43,415 nucleotides of DNA from a virus (IMGVR_UViG_3300032231_000007:1-43415); one strand, 5' to 3'. Shown: positions 17,785 to 27,594, numbered from the stretch's first letter. A program made the numbers and translations. The notes: generated from the letters alone by a model not told the origin.

Positions 17785-18263
17785 ACTGCTATTTTTTTAA
17801 GTTCTGCTACAAGTCCGCTTACAATAACATCTATATTGATTATTCCAACTTGATTTACTATACTGTCAATCCTCTCAGTAGTTACAACGCTACTTATTAA
17901 TTCTACACCTCCATGCTCTTGCCTTCTCCATCCATCTTTGTGTATTTTTCGAGCTATCAAATAAGCGAGTGATTTAACTGGTATTTCTGAGCTTATTCCC
18001 TTATCTTTTATCCACTGTTCTATTGCTGGCCTTAAATCTCCTTTCCCTTTTTTTGTAGTTGGACTTCTTCCTCCTTCTAATGCCCCCGTATATTCTAACC
18101 CTTCAATCTTTCCGCTTATTACAGATCCTTTTTCTGAAACCTCTACTGTTTTCTCTTTATCCCATTTACCAGATGCTCGCATGCCAAGCTCCTCATACCG
18201 CTTTGTCAAATCAGCACTAAGCTTGTCAAGTTCTGTTTTCAGTATTTCGGACGATTGGCTCAT
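17781..18263 (-). CDS. Putative neck/tail-completion protein
   Basis: ASG...YTGALEGGR...IEQWIKDKGI...LAYLIARKI pattern; position. Confidence 0.6.
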   Translation of the reverse strand: MSQSSEILKTELDKLSADLTKRYEELGMRASGKWDKEKTVEVSEKGSVISGKIEGLEYTGALEGGRSPTTKKGKGDLRPAIEQWIKDKGISSEIPVKSLAYLIARKIHKDGWRRQEHGGVELISSVVTTERIDSIVNQVGIINIDVIVSGLVAELKKIAV

Positions 18264-18739
18264 ACAACTATATATAGTTCATATTTAAACCAAATACCAT
18301 CTGCATTAAAATCAAAAATATTGTAAACCTCTTTAATACCTGAAAAGCTAATTTCATAATTAGTATTGCAAGAATTGTAGTCAATGATCTTCTTAATTAC
18401 GCCACCGTCTTCAATCATCCCCTTTACATAAAGCTCATATTTTGTATCATCGACTGCAACTCCTTTCTGCACATCAATTGTCTGATCTAAATCTGATTTA
18501 AGCAACATCAGTATCTCTCCGGTGTACTTAACTCCATCAACAGAACTCGATTCATTCTTAACTACCTCAATCTCGTTGGTATAGTGAAACATTTTAATTT
18601 GGTCGTCTTCTTCACTATCAGCATCGTAAAGATTAGCAAAGTCCTCTCGTGAGTGCTCAAAATAGTAAGCTACATTCTTATCTGTTACGGTGGTAACATC
18701 GGCTGCAAAGGCTCGGAAGAAATCTACATTTGTGGCCAT
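18260..18739 (-). CDS. Putative tail terminator/neck protein
   Basis: Acidic 159 aa protein in neck region. Confidence 0.45.
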   Translation of the reverse strand: MATNVDFFRAFAADVTTVTDKNVAYYFEHSREDFANLYDADSEEDDQIKMFHYTNEIEVVKNESSSVDGVKYTGEILMLLKSDLDQTIDVQKGVAVDDTKYELYVKGMIEDGGVIKKIIDYNSCNTNYEISFSGIKEVYNIFDFNADGIWFKYELYIVV

Positions 18740-18740
18740 A

Positions 18741-19277
18741 TTACTTTATTTTGTTTTTCATCGTTTTGCTATATTCTATTTCAATATCACGACTGATCTT
18801 ATCGTGGTACATAATAGTAAAAATTGTCGAGTATTTCCATGAGGCAATTTCATCTGGCATCATGCCGTACTCCTTACTTAGCGGAATCAAGATGTTCATT
18901 TCCTGAAATACATTAAGCCGTTCCGAACCTGCGTCAACCATCTCCGGGTCTTCTTCGCTCATCAAATGTTTCTCACGATCAATAAGCTGCTCTAATTCCA
19001 TTCTCACCCAATTTAATGCCCTAAAAAAGTCTTTTACCCTTACCCTTAATAATCTTCTCTCAGAGATTCCAAAGATTATGACGAACACCTTAGTAAAGTC
19101 TGACGCCTGTGCTAGTTTCTTGATGTTTACAACCTCTCCAAATGGGAACCCTGTGATCTTTTGGGCTTTATACTTACCGATACTATCACTCGCTTTTACA
19201 AATTGGAAAACATTAGCATAATACGACATCTCTTTCTCACTTAGTTGCAAGTATTCATACAGTCTTATGTTCTTCAT
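18741..19277 (-). CDS. Structural-module protein (possible tail assembly chaperone)
   Basis: Position; helical. Confidence 0.5.
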   Translation of the reverse strand: MKNIRLYEYLQLSEKEMSYYANVFQFVKASDSIGKYKAQKITGFPFGEVVNIKKLAQASDFTKVFVIIFGISERRLLRVRVKDFFRALNWVRMELEQLIDREKHLMSEEDPEMVDAGSERLNVFQEMNILIPLSKEYGMMPDEIASWKYSTIFTIMYHDKISRDIEIEYSKTMKNKIK

Positions 19278-19282
19278 TCTAT

Positions 19283-19314
19283 AAAAAAAGCCCCACCCCG
19301 TTTAGGGCAGGGCT
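19283..19314 (-). terminator. Rho-independent terminator after capsid genes
   Basis: AGCCCTGCCC-TAAAC-GGGGTGGGGCT followed by a T-run on minus strand. Confidence 0.8.
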
Positions 19315-19339
19315 AGTTCACAATACATTTTTATAATGG

Positions 19340-19759
19340 TCAGTACTTCCGGTAGTTATACCTGACAGTTACGCTTGTCGTGTCACCAGAAGTGCCAATG
19401 ACTCGTACTCGATAATTGCTAAATGCCGGGTTCTCGATCTTTATCTTATGACTAGCTCCATCGGTTATCTGTAGTGAGTCTAGTGCTGAGTTATAAGATA
19501 TTCCAGACCATGTTGCCTTTGGTAACTTCTGCCAAGCTGCCCCTGAACCATTTCTGGCCAATAAAGCAACCCATCCGTCAGTCGTACCGCCTACCTCTGT
19601 AAACAATACGTCTATACCAATGGCTGCATAGTTGCCCGAAGCGCTTATATCAAAGTTTACGGTTTCAACACCGTCAACCTGATCTGTCTGCGACCTTACT
19701 TGCGAACTAGCTACTAGCCCACAAAGTAAGAATGTTAATAAGAATAATATCCTTTTCAT
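19340..19759 (-). CDS. Signal-peptide-bearing beta-rich protein (start likely MKRILF)
   Basis: MKRILFLLTFLLCGLVASSQ signal peptide; 4 bp after capsid stop. Confidence 0.7.
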   Translation of the reverse strand: MKRILFLLTFLLCGLVASSQVRSQTDQVDGVETVNFDISASGNYAAIGIDVLFTEVGGTTDGWVALLARNGSGAAWQKLPKATWSGISYNSALDSLQITDGASHKIKIENPAFSNYRVRVIGTSGDTTSVTVRYNYRKY

Positions 19760-19763
19760 AGTT

Positions 19764-20801
19764 TTATAGTAAAAGTCCTGCGGTAAATACTGGGCTTGTC
19801 TCAGTGTGGAATGCACTAACCGGAGCTGATGCGTAGGCCATCTCCAAAGAGATTTCCTCGTGTATCAAAATATCCTGCTCATCTCCACCTGCTCCCGATT
19901 GATCTGATCTCCCAGCGTAGATAGAATGGGCAAATGTTGCTCCTGGAAATTCTGGTACGGTAAACTGCCCAAAGTCTCCCACGGAATCCATCATAGCCGC
20001 TGTGGCGTTGATAGTCTTTCTGTTCTTGGGTGGTACCCAAAAGTTAACCCCTACTAAACCATTCTGATAAAATATACCAGACCCTTGGTAAGTAGCTGTA
20101 GGCAGAAGCGTTCTGCTTGTAGGTACAATTGCTGAATATCCTAATAGTTGAGCTTGGGTGTTGCTAGCATTGCCAGCGCCATCACGGCCTAACTTATCGG
20201 CAAGAACAGCTCCTTGCGAATCTACGAGTCCAACAATCCCCCCTGGATATAGGTTATTCCTCATCATGGCCTTAATCTCTCCGAAGAAATTATCTCCATA
20301 AGTAGCGGCTATCTGAAATTCATCAACAGCTGCATCAAATTCACCGTTTCCGCCTCCTGCGTTATCAGTGGTTTCATCGGCAAGCAATGCTGCTACATAT
20401 GCAGCATCAACACGAGTCATAAGGTTTAGAACTGCATTTCGCTTTGCAGCGGCATATAATTCAGCCCATTCGTACACGTTGTTATCAGAAAGGGACAACC
20501 CTATACTGAAATCTTCCACATACTTTGACCAGGTGATCGTCTCTGTTGCGGTATCTGGATTGTTACCAGAGTGAGAAGCTACACGAACAACACCACCCGT
20601 GGCGGCTTGTCGTATTGGGAATTTAGCCGTAACCGTCCGTGAGGCACTTGTGCGTATCTCCCGTAATGCTGGGTTGGCCATCTCTGCGAGACTAGCCGAC
20701 TTAATGGCAGCTGATTCTGGTAATTTCCATTCAGCGCCAAGCATGTTTTCGTTAAATTTAGTTTGTCCGGCAACAAGTACCGAATCAGCAGCGTTAGCCA
20801 T
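19764..20801 (-). CDS. Major capsid protein
   Basis: 345 aa Ala/Gly-rich, after scaffold, before strong terminator. Confidence 0.75.
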   Translation of the reverse strand: MANAADSVLVAGQTKFNENMLGAEWKLPESAAIKSASLAEMANPALREIRTSASRTVTAKFPIRQAATGGVVRVASHSGNNPDTATETITWSKYVEDFSIGLSLSDNNVYEWAELYAAAKRNAVLNLMTRVDAAYVAALLADETTDNAGGGNGEFDAAVDEFQIAATYGDNFFGEIKAMMRNNLYPGGIVGLVDSQGAVLADKLGRDGAGNASNTQAQLLGYSAIVPTSRTLLPTATYQGSGIFYQNGLVGVNFWVPPKNRKTINATAAMMDSVGDFGQFTVPEFPGATFAHSIYAGRSDQSGAGGDEQDILIHEEISLEMAYASAPVSAFHTETSPVFTAGLLL

Positions 20802-20856
20802 TGTTCTTAGTTTTTAGTTTTTCTTTTCGCCATCGCAACTTTTACGATAGTTTGGC

Positions 20857-21690
20857 TTACGACTTATAGAAGTCCTCGCTGCCAACAGATGCATCCCTTT
20901 TATCGGTTAGAATCTTGCTTGCCTCCGGGGACATTGGGTTAATCGGTGGGTCTTGCGACTTACACCAGTCATTAAAATCAGTAAGCTTTGTGAATTTTGC
21001 GGAACCTCCGCCTGCGCCTTTATCGTCTCCCCCTCCCATGCCATTAATCGGGATATATTTACCCTCGTCAATGAATGAAGAAACGACATCTTTTAAAGCA
21101 AGTGGCTCTAATCGGTTATCTTGTAACTTATCAGTGCCTTTGTAAACAACGGTACGACCGTCTTCTTCTGCTATACGATAGCGATTGTTGAACAATGTAA
21201 CTAAATCTCCTTTTGGGATGATCGTTTTATCCGGTATCAAGGACATCACATTGTTCTTATTTTCAATATTACTCAATTTTTTACTAAAACCCTCAGTTTC
21301 ATCTAATAATTTTTGTTCTGCATCAATAATCTTAGCTTGAAGCAATTTCTTTTCCTCTGCCCATTCGGACGGCTTTGCTCCTGTTTCGGCAATTTTCTTG
21401 GCTACATAGGCCTCAACCACGGTGTCTATGTCCTTTCCTTCAACCTCAATGCCGTGCTTTTCTTTAAGCTCTTTGGCCTTGATTTCAGACATGGCATTTT
21501 TCCCTTCATTGAAACGATTGTTGCCAAATATCTGTTTATCATCTTCTGATATGAGCTTACTAAACTCATCAACTGTTTTTAGCGTTGGAACTTCCAAACT
21601 TGTTTCTGATTCGGCCTTTACGGCTTCCTCTAGTTTAGAAACATCAAATCCTAAAGCTACGAGCTTGTCTTTTGTTTCTTTGTTTAACAT
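20857..21690 (-). CDS. Capsid scaffolding protein
   Basis: K/E-rich helical protein with Gly-rich linker near C-terminus; precedes capsid. Confidence 0.65.
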   Translation of the reverse strand: MLNKETKDKLVALGFDVSKLEEAVKAESETSLEVPTLKTVDEFSKLISEDDKQIFGNNRFNEGKNAMSEIKAKELKEKHGIEVEGKDIDTVVEAYVAKKIAETGAKPSEWAEEKKLLQAKIIDAEQKLLDETEGFSKKLSNIENKNNVMSLIPDKTIIPKGDLVTLFNNRYRIAEEDGRTVVYKGTDKLQDNRLEPLALKDVVSSFIDEGKYIPINGMGGGDDKGAGGGSAKFTKLTDFNDWCKSQDPPINPMSPEASKILTDKRDASVGSEDFYKS

Positions 21691-21692
21691 AA

Positions 21693-22121
21693 TTATTTCT
21701 TTATTTCCATGAATACTTTATACGGGTGTGGCTCACCTTTTGAATTAATACGGCCTTTAGCGTAAACGCTCTCTAGCTTGTACTTTACGCCGTCCTTTTT
21801 AATGAACAACAAAGTATTTAGCTGCTGAGTGTTGTACTCGTCAATATTACTTTCGTGCATGTTCTTGATTCTGTTGACATCCTCACCGAAACTTTCAATA
21901 TTGTTGTCTTGCCCTTTTACCAGCTTAACTCTTGTGCAATGATGAAATCCTTTGTTAAGTTTGGATTTCTTTGGGGCTTTTGGTTTTGCTTCAACAGTTT
22001 CTGCCTTAGGCTCTTCTGCTTTCACCTCTTCAATAGGAGCTTCTACTGCCTCTTTCTCAGTTTCTTTTGCCGTCTTTTCAGCGTTGCCCTTAGGCAACTG
22101 TGATTGTTGTTGTTGTTTCAT
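21693..22121 (-). CDS. Hypothetical protein
   Basis: ORF between portal and scaffold. Confidence 0.6.
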   Translation of the reverse strand: MKQQQQSQLPKGNAEKTAKETEKEAVEAPIEEVKAEEPKAETVEAKPKAPKKSKLNKGFHHCTRVKLVKGQDNNIESFGEDVNRIKNMHESNIDEYNTQQLNTLLFIKKDGVKYKLESVYAKGRINSKGEPHPYKVFMEIKK

Positions 22122-23784
22122 TTTTCTTTTGTTCAGTTATAAATTGAGATAATTCAGTTTTAAGTACACCCAAGTCCTTTTCAACTACTTCAACCATGGT
22201 CTTGGTATGTAAGAACTCAGATAAATATATCTTTTGGTTTTTAAAGTCTTCGGGCACTGCCATGCTTAATGCTTCACTAATAGTGCTGTGTGGCATTGGG
22301 TCAAGCAATGCTACCTTGATAAAATAATCTCGAAGCATGTCATTGGTCTGGTATTCCGTTTCAAAGTACTGCGCTAAGAGTTGATTTAATACCAATTCGC
22401 TTGCTCCTTCTTTCTTTGCGTTTAGATATTTCTGCCAAATTTGATCTGGTGTCTCAATAATAAACCTCCGGCCTACAGCATAACTAGCTCCCTTGAATGA
22501 TAAAGGTGCATAAAGATCACCAAACATCTTTAATACATCTGTACCTACTTCATCAACAAGATCGGCAAAATCATCTGATCTATTTCGCACGGGTTGTATA
22601 TCGATAAATCTCCCCGTGGCGGTTTCGTTCGTTCCCTTCTCCATTGTAGTTCCCCAAAATGAGAAGTATAGATTGTTTTTTGTCCATTCCTCCTCCGCTC
22701 TTTGATCTTCTGAAACTTCTCTTTTTGGCCCATTATATCCGGCCACATTAGGAGCTATCACAGGAGCATCTTTTGACTTTGGAGGATTTAACAAAACAAC
22801 GTCTGAAACATCTTTCCTATATGTATATCCCTGCCCTTTGCAATTACCGCATTTGCCTCTTATTTGGCCATCTTCATCCTTGGAGTTACCCGTGCCGCTA
22901 CAATTGTTACACGTATCGGTTACATTTCCATAAGCCCAAAAGACAGGGAACCCGTGCTTTGCTAAAAATAACTCATGTACAGAACTATTTCTCAGGTACT
23001 TATCCAACAGCTCTACTTGCTTTTGAATAGGAGATATCTTGAAGCCTCGATTTGTGTCAACAATATTTGAGTTTGATATGGCTGGAACATAGCCAAAGCT
23101 ATTCACAATCTTATCAACAACCTCAGATTTCTTCTCTGATTCTGCCCAGACCTTTAAACGATAATAATAGGCATCGTCCACAAACCAGTGAAGAGTATAA
23201 CCTTTATCTATTTGATTGCCGTCTTCTTCTTTAACATCGCTGATTTTTACATCGGCCTCAAACATGACATACTCCGGCCTCGTGCCGTGAAGTTTCATCT
23301 TCCTTATATGGTTGATGCTCTTTTGGGTCAAATAGCCTCTGCCATTGGCCGGGTGGTCATCAAAACCCCCTTTGACTTCCAGAAATATAAGGCCGTTCGG
23401 GTCAGCAATTAGGTTATCCTTCCAGATGCTCTTTAAGTAAGCATCTAATGTCAACCCTCCTTTAACATCTTTAATTAATTTTGTGAATGCGGTCTTCGCC
23501 CCCTCGGTAGGAATATCAATATCTATCGTTTTCCCTTTTGCTGAAAACACATTATCAAACGGTCTTAGCCATCCTTCGATGAGCCATTGGTTTGACATCG
23601 AATATCTTTTGCGGATTTCAAACTCCGTGGTTCCCTCTAGTCCTTCGATCTTTTTGAGGTGCTCGTCTTTGCCTTCACCATAAAAATGGACTTTTAAAAC
23701 TCGGTGGTCTTCACGTGCCTGGGTTATCCATGTGTCAACTGGTTCGCTTGATTTGGATAAGATTTCTTGTTCTTGAACTATCAT
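22090..23784 (-). CDS. Portal protein with CxxCxGxG Zn-finger insertion
   Basis: 564 aa after terminase; CNNCSGTG and CGNCKGQG. Confidence 0.75.
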   Translation of the reverse strand: MIVQEQEILSKSSEPVDTWITQAREDHRVLKVHFYGEGKDEHLKKIEGLEGTTEFEIRKRYSMSNQWLIEGWLRPFDNVFSAKGKTIDIDIPTEGAKTAFTKLIKDVKGGLTLDAYLKSIWKDNLIADPNGLIFLEVKGGFDDHPANGRGYLTQKSINHIRKMKLHGTRPEYVMFEADVKISDVKEEDGNQIDKGYTLHWFVDDAYYYRLKVWAESEKKSEVVDKIVNSFGYVPAISNSNIVDTNRGFKISPIQKQVELLDKYLRNSSVHELFLAKHGFPVFWAYGNVTDTCNNCSGTGNSKDEDGQIRGKCGNCKGQGYTYRKDVSDVVLLNPPKSKDAPVIAPNVAGYNGPKREVSEDQRAEEEWTKNNLYFSFWGTTMEKGTNETATGRFIDIQPVRNRSDDFADLVDEVGTDVLKMFGDLYAPLSFKGASYAVGRRFIIETPDQIWQKYLNAKKEGASELVLNQLLAQYFETEYQTNDMLRDYFIKVALLDPMPHSTISEALSMAVPEDFKNQKIYLSEFLHTKTMVEVVEKDLGVLKTELSQFITEQKKNETTTTITVA

Positions 23785-24206
23785 TTCATTTCAAAGATAG
23801 GTATCTTTTTAAAATTTTTCGATTCGGTGAAGATGTATTCTGCCATACAGGCCTGCCATTCTTGTGAATTAAAATCCATATCAAGCCCTGAATATTTGGA
23901 AAGATACCATAATACATGAATTATTTCATGCACCAATGTTGGTATATGAGGATTTATTACCATTACAATCCTTTTTGTATTTCCATGTTCTGATTTTGTG
24001 GCTCCTGTTACCTGAAAGACTTCGTTTACGCTATTTGTTTGTTCGTGCCAATACTCATAGCCATGACCATATTTCTGGACAAATATTGATGCAATGACCT
24101 TCCTGTCTTTTTCGGATATCCGGTTATGTTTATATTTTTCACCAACAATATAAACATCGAGCGAGAATAAAGTTGGGAGTAGCTTAATTTCTTTGTGTTT
24201 AATCAT
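23781..24206 (-). CDS. HExxH metallopeptidase-like protein
   Basis: LVHEIIHV...SQEWQA. Confidence 0.55.
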   Translation of the reverse strand: MIKHKEIKLLPTLFSLDVYIVGEKYKHNRISEKDRKVIASIFVQKYGHGYEYWHEQTNSVNEVFQVTGATKSEHGNTKRIVMVINPHIPTLVHEIIHVLWYLSKYSGLDMDFNSQEWQACMAEYIFTESKNFKKIPIFEMK

Positions 24207-25529
24207 CTATGCAAATATATCGTATTCTTTTTTAACCTCAAAGAACATACCCATTAGCAACCAATCAAAATAATCTGGCGAATGCTGTAGGCTTTCTTTA
24301 GCGTTCTCCTTAGGTATCAGCCTCTTCTTGGATTCGTCAGCATCAACCTTATACCTTCGTAAACATACTGACAATTCAGCCTTTATATTTTCCTGCTGTT
24401 CACGTGTGCAGTTGACTTTTAATTCTCTATTATTAATAACCTCTGCCAATTTAAATCCGCATTCGCTTTTAAGATTAGCATATTGGGCGTCATTCGGTTT
24501 AGAATTGCCATGAAATTCTTTGATGTTCTCTATATAACTTCCTAAGTAAGCCCCTAGCCCGTCACTATCGGCCACTATCCTAGAATTAGGAACGCCTCTA
24601 TCATTTTTCAGTTGCTCTAAACTAGTAACTATGGATTTACCTGAACTCTTTGGTTGGTCTATATCTAGGTTGGCAATTAAGCCCGTCCAGTGGCCAGCTA
24701 TAAATCTATCACGCCCCTGCATCGCTAAGTCTGCGCTGATTCTTAGTTCACCCGGTGGGACATGGCTATTTGTAAAGATATCACATATCGCATCGTAATC
24801 GCATAAAGCATCAGGGGAGTCGTCAAAGTCCCAATTACCTCTAATAAGCCTCTCTATTTCATTAGGCGAAAGTATTTTAAATAGGTTGTCAATATAGTTG
24901 TCCGGCAGCATTTTGTTGTCTTGAGGCAACGCCTGAATAAAGCACTTCCAGTCTTCAATAGAGCCGTCCCGCCACTTTTTAAAATAGTCGGTGTATAAAT
25001 AGTTGTGCGAAGGGTTACAAGTCTGTAGCAACTTAGGAGGTAAATCGTACTCAATATTTTTCCACCTGCCCACAGAAGCTTGAAGGTTGCTTTTAGCGTT
25101 CTTGTTAAATTCCCCGGCCTCTTCTATCCATCCTCTTGTCATTTGCATAGAGCCAAATCTTTCGTATAAAGGATCGGAGGGGAGATGTTTCGCATCTAAT
25201 AAGAAAACCTTTGATTTATTATGAAGTTCATAGTAATTGTCTTGGCCGTTAAATTTGTAATACTTTTTATTATCAATCCCCCAATGCTGGAGTACCTCGT
25301 GAATAGAAGGAATAGTAAACTTCCTTACATCGGCCAATGTTTTACGTGCTATAAAATAATGAGTTCCCGGATAAGTAAAGGCATCGCCAAAGATCAAAGA
25401 GCAACCAGTGTAGCTTTTGGCCGATCCCTTAGAGCCTCCGTAAACTATATCTATAATTACCTTATCAATCCATGCCCTTGCGCACTCCTTTTGCTTTTCG
25501 TTGCCGTGGGTGTCAAATATGACGTTCAT
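24207..25529 (-). CDS. terL: Terminase large subunit
   Basis: Walker A YGGSKGSAKS, Walker B WIEEAGE, TCNP, nuclease SADLA and SPDYFD. Confidence 0.92.
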   Translation of the reverse strand: MNVIFDTHGNEKQKECARAWIDKVIIDIVYGGSKGSAKSYTGCSLIFGDAFTYPGTHYFIARKTLADVRKFTIPSIHEVLQHWGIDNKKYYKFNGQDNYYELHNKSKVFLLDAKHLPSDPLYERFGSMQMTRGWIEEAGEFNKNAKSNLQASVGRWKNIEYDLPPKLLQTCNPSHNYLYTDYFKKWRDGSIEDWKCFIQALPQDNKMLPDNYIDNLFKILSPNEIERLIRGNWDFDDSPDALCDYDAICDIFTNSHVPPGELRISADLAMQGRDRFIAGHWTGLIANLDIDQPKSSGKSIVTSLEQLKNDRGVPNSRIVADSDGLGAYLGSYIENIKEFHGNSKPNDAQYANLKSECGFKLAEVINNRELKVNCTREQQENIKAELSVCLRRYKVDADESKKRLIPKENAKESLQHSPDYFDWLLMGMFFEVKKEYDIFA

Positions 25530-25972
25530 TTGACAATCATGCCTGTGATTTGCTCCCCGCCGGTGGTAATGTCGACATCAACCTTTTGAATATTCTTGAA
25601 GTTCTCCGGATCAAGGTTGCATAAGGTAAATATAACAGCCGCTGAGTTAGGCATCATTCGTTTCTTTATTAGCTTTCTGTTTCTAATAACCTGATTGCCT
25701 ATAGCATCTACTTTATATTCGATGTGCTCCTCCTCGTATTCGTAAACATCAATTAATTTAGCAAGGCCAGATCTGGCCATTCCTTTAAATGAGCTAACCC
25801 TTTCAACCTCTGCCTCTTTTAATAGCTCTAAAAACTTGGGTTTCGACTTCTTCCATTCGTAATATGTTGGCTCAGCTATCCCAACCTGTTTACAAATATC
25901 TATTATCTTATTCTCCCCTGTGGCTAGGAGTTCAGCTATTTGTTTAGCTTTTTCTATTGTATATTTTGCCAT
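25526..25972 (-). CDS. terS: Terminase small subunit
   Basis: N-terminal HTH (ICKQVGIAEPTYYEW), AAVIFTL, overlaps terL. Confidence 0.8.
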   Translation of the reverse strand: MAKYTIEKAKQIAELLATGENKIIDICKQVGIAEPTYYEWKKSKPKFLELLKEAEVERVSSFKGMARSGLAKLIDVYEYEEEHIEYKVDAIGNQVIRNRKLIKKRMMPNSAAVIFTLCNLDPENFKNIQKVDVDITTGGEQITGMIVK

Positions 25973-26166
25973 TGTATTTCATTTAAGTACGACTTAAATT
26001 TACGTAGGGATGTATTTATTCTCTGCTACTATAATTTCATAGCCTCCGGAAACTTCAACGCTGCCGTTAGATACAAGTGCCCTTATTTCTACGTCTGTTC
26101 TTTCTGTAATTCTATGCGGAAACCATTGGGGGTGTATATATATTCCCTGATTGCTTCCATTTAATT

Positions 26167-26218
26167 CAAATATACAACATTAGCCAATAAAAAAAGGAGG
26201 CTATTAACCCCCTTTTTA
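26167..26218 (-). promoter_or_regulatory. Terminator-like hairpin followed by TATATTTG -7 box upstream of packaging operon
   Basis: AAAAAGGGGG/CCTCCTTTTT stem at about 26190-26217; TATATTTG at 26167-26174. Confidence 0.5.
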
Positions 26219-26253
26219 TTATTGTTTTCATCAAAGTTCCTTTTTTGTCTATG

Positions 26254-26616
26254 TTAGTTCCCTTTGATTAATAGGCTTGTCGCAAGTCCAGCTCTAGGAT
26301 TTCTATCCAAGGTTGTTGCATGAATTGAGTGCTTCGTAGCCTTTAGTTTAATTGATCGCCATGTGATTGCCTGTTTATAGGTACATAATATTACTTGCTG
26401 CGATTCAAATACTGGTTTGGCATAGGCGCTAAATGCGGTAGTGCTGCTACAGACTTTTAAGGTTACTTCATTAATGGCAATCGCATTAATGACATCGGTC
26501 TGGCCGACATCAACATACGTTATTCCATCATCGATAACATCGGCATGAAGTGTGCCAACGCCCGGCATGGCTACGAAAAGCAGCGATGCCAAGATAAATA
26601 AAACATGTTTTTTCAT
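26254..26616 (-). CDS. Hypothetical protein with signal peptide
   Basis: MKKHVLFILASLLFVAMPG. Confidence 0.55.
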   Translation of the reverse strand: MKKHVLFILASLLFVAMPGVGTLHADVIDDGITYVDVGQTDVINAIAINEVTLKVCSSTTAFSAYAKPVFESQQVILCTYKQAITWRSIKLKATKHSIHATTLDRNPRAGLATSLLIKGN

Positions 26617-26772
26617 AGTGTAATATTACAACCTTTTTAGCCAATAAAAAAACCGCAGCCAAATTAATGATTGCGGTTAAGGTAATACTAACAGTAAACC
26701 CCCTACCTCTCATTGTCAAATATACACCTTTTTACCCTAATGGGAAAATTGGTTTCTGTTTTACATTCCCTC

Positions 26773-26806
26773 GAAGGGGAGGCCATATATTAGCTTGGTG
26801 TTACCC
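26773..26806 (+). repeat. Right half of attC-like site at array entry
   Basis: 30 bp (26773-26802) identical to 29922-29951. Confidence 0.85.
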
Positions 26807-27158
26807 GTAATGCTAAATAACTTTTGTGCCATTACATACATCACAGGTAAATGAAGTTGCTGAGCTTGTCCATTGGTCTACGTCACCTGCTACCCCCGGT
26901 GGCTTACTTACAATTCCTTGCCCATTGCACTTAGGGCATAGTTGTAAAGCACTACGGGTAACACTAAATAAACCCAAATTCTTAACCTTACTGTGTAGCT
27001 CATTTATAATTTGCTCATGTTCTGTAAGTGGGTCTTCACTTGCTGTTTCTAATTCACTTCTTACTATGGTTACTGTACCGTTTGGTCGTTCTATTACTAT
27101 TTGCTTTGCCATCGTTTCTACGTATTTAATCGGTTAAAAATCAGTGTTTATTATTTCC
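26800..27158. mobile_element. Duplicated gene cassette unit
   Basis: GTTACCCGTA / TACGGGTAAC (26953-26962) ends; second copy spans the window ends with different neighbours. Confidence 0.85.
26813..27112 (-). CDS. Cassette protein with DnaJ-type Zn finger
   Basis: CPKCNGQG...CDVCNGTK; reads through AAC box as ...LFSVTRS... Confidence 0.75.
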   Translation of the reverse strand: MAKQIVIERPNGTVTIVRSELETASEDPLTEHEQIINELHSKVKNLGLFSVTRSALQLCPKCNGQGIVSKPPGVAGDVDQWTSSATSFTCDVCNGTKVI

Positions 27159-27165
27159 GTTAGGC
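26956..27165 (+). repeat. attC-like hairpin site containing a gene start
   Basis: GGGTAAC; arms 26968-26987 / 27132-27151 pair 16/20; GTTAGGC at 27159. Confidence 0.75.
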
Positions 27166-27182
27166 TTCATTTAGCCAACGCA

Positions 27183-27356
27183 CTAATCAATTACTTCCAC
27201 ATCTTCAAAAAACTCATCTTTAAAAATATCAATATTGTCAGCATAAATAACCAATTCACCAGCGTTTACACTTATCTCTAAGTTTTCCAAATCGTTTTCC
27301 AAATCTGTTATTTCAACAGCATACCATTTCTGGCTTCTTTTTACTATTTTATACAT
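27183..27356 (-). CDS. Cassette hypothetical protein (start likely MYKIVK)
   Basis: Between GTTAGGCTT (27159) and AAGCCTAAC (27389-27397). Confidence 0.65.
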   Translation of the reverse strand: MYKIVKRSQKWYAVEITDLENDLENLEISVNAGELVIYADNIDIFKDEFFEDVEVID

Positions 27357-27390
27357 AATCTTGTTTTTATCCCACCGCACAAAAACGAAA

Positions 27391-27507
27391 GCCTAACAAC
27401 AAATAAATGCCATTGTCAGTATTTCAATTGTGGGTAAGTAGTTATTATTCAATTTATCTCTTTTTTTCAAATTAAGTGTTCAACGGCATTTATTTAAACC
27501 GTTGTAA
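27391..27507 (+). repeat. attC-like hairpin site
   Basis: GCCTAAC; arms 27401-27415 / 27481-27495 pair 14/15; GTT at 27501. Confidence 0.85.
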
Positions 27508-27594
27508 ACAATAGGGGCTGAAAGGCTTGCTACAATTAAGTGCGGATTTAAAGAACTCTCACCTTTCATTTTTAATTTTGTTTTTGAATATCCC

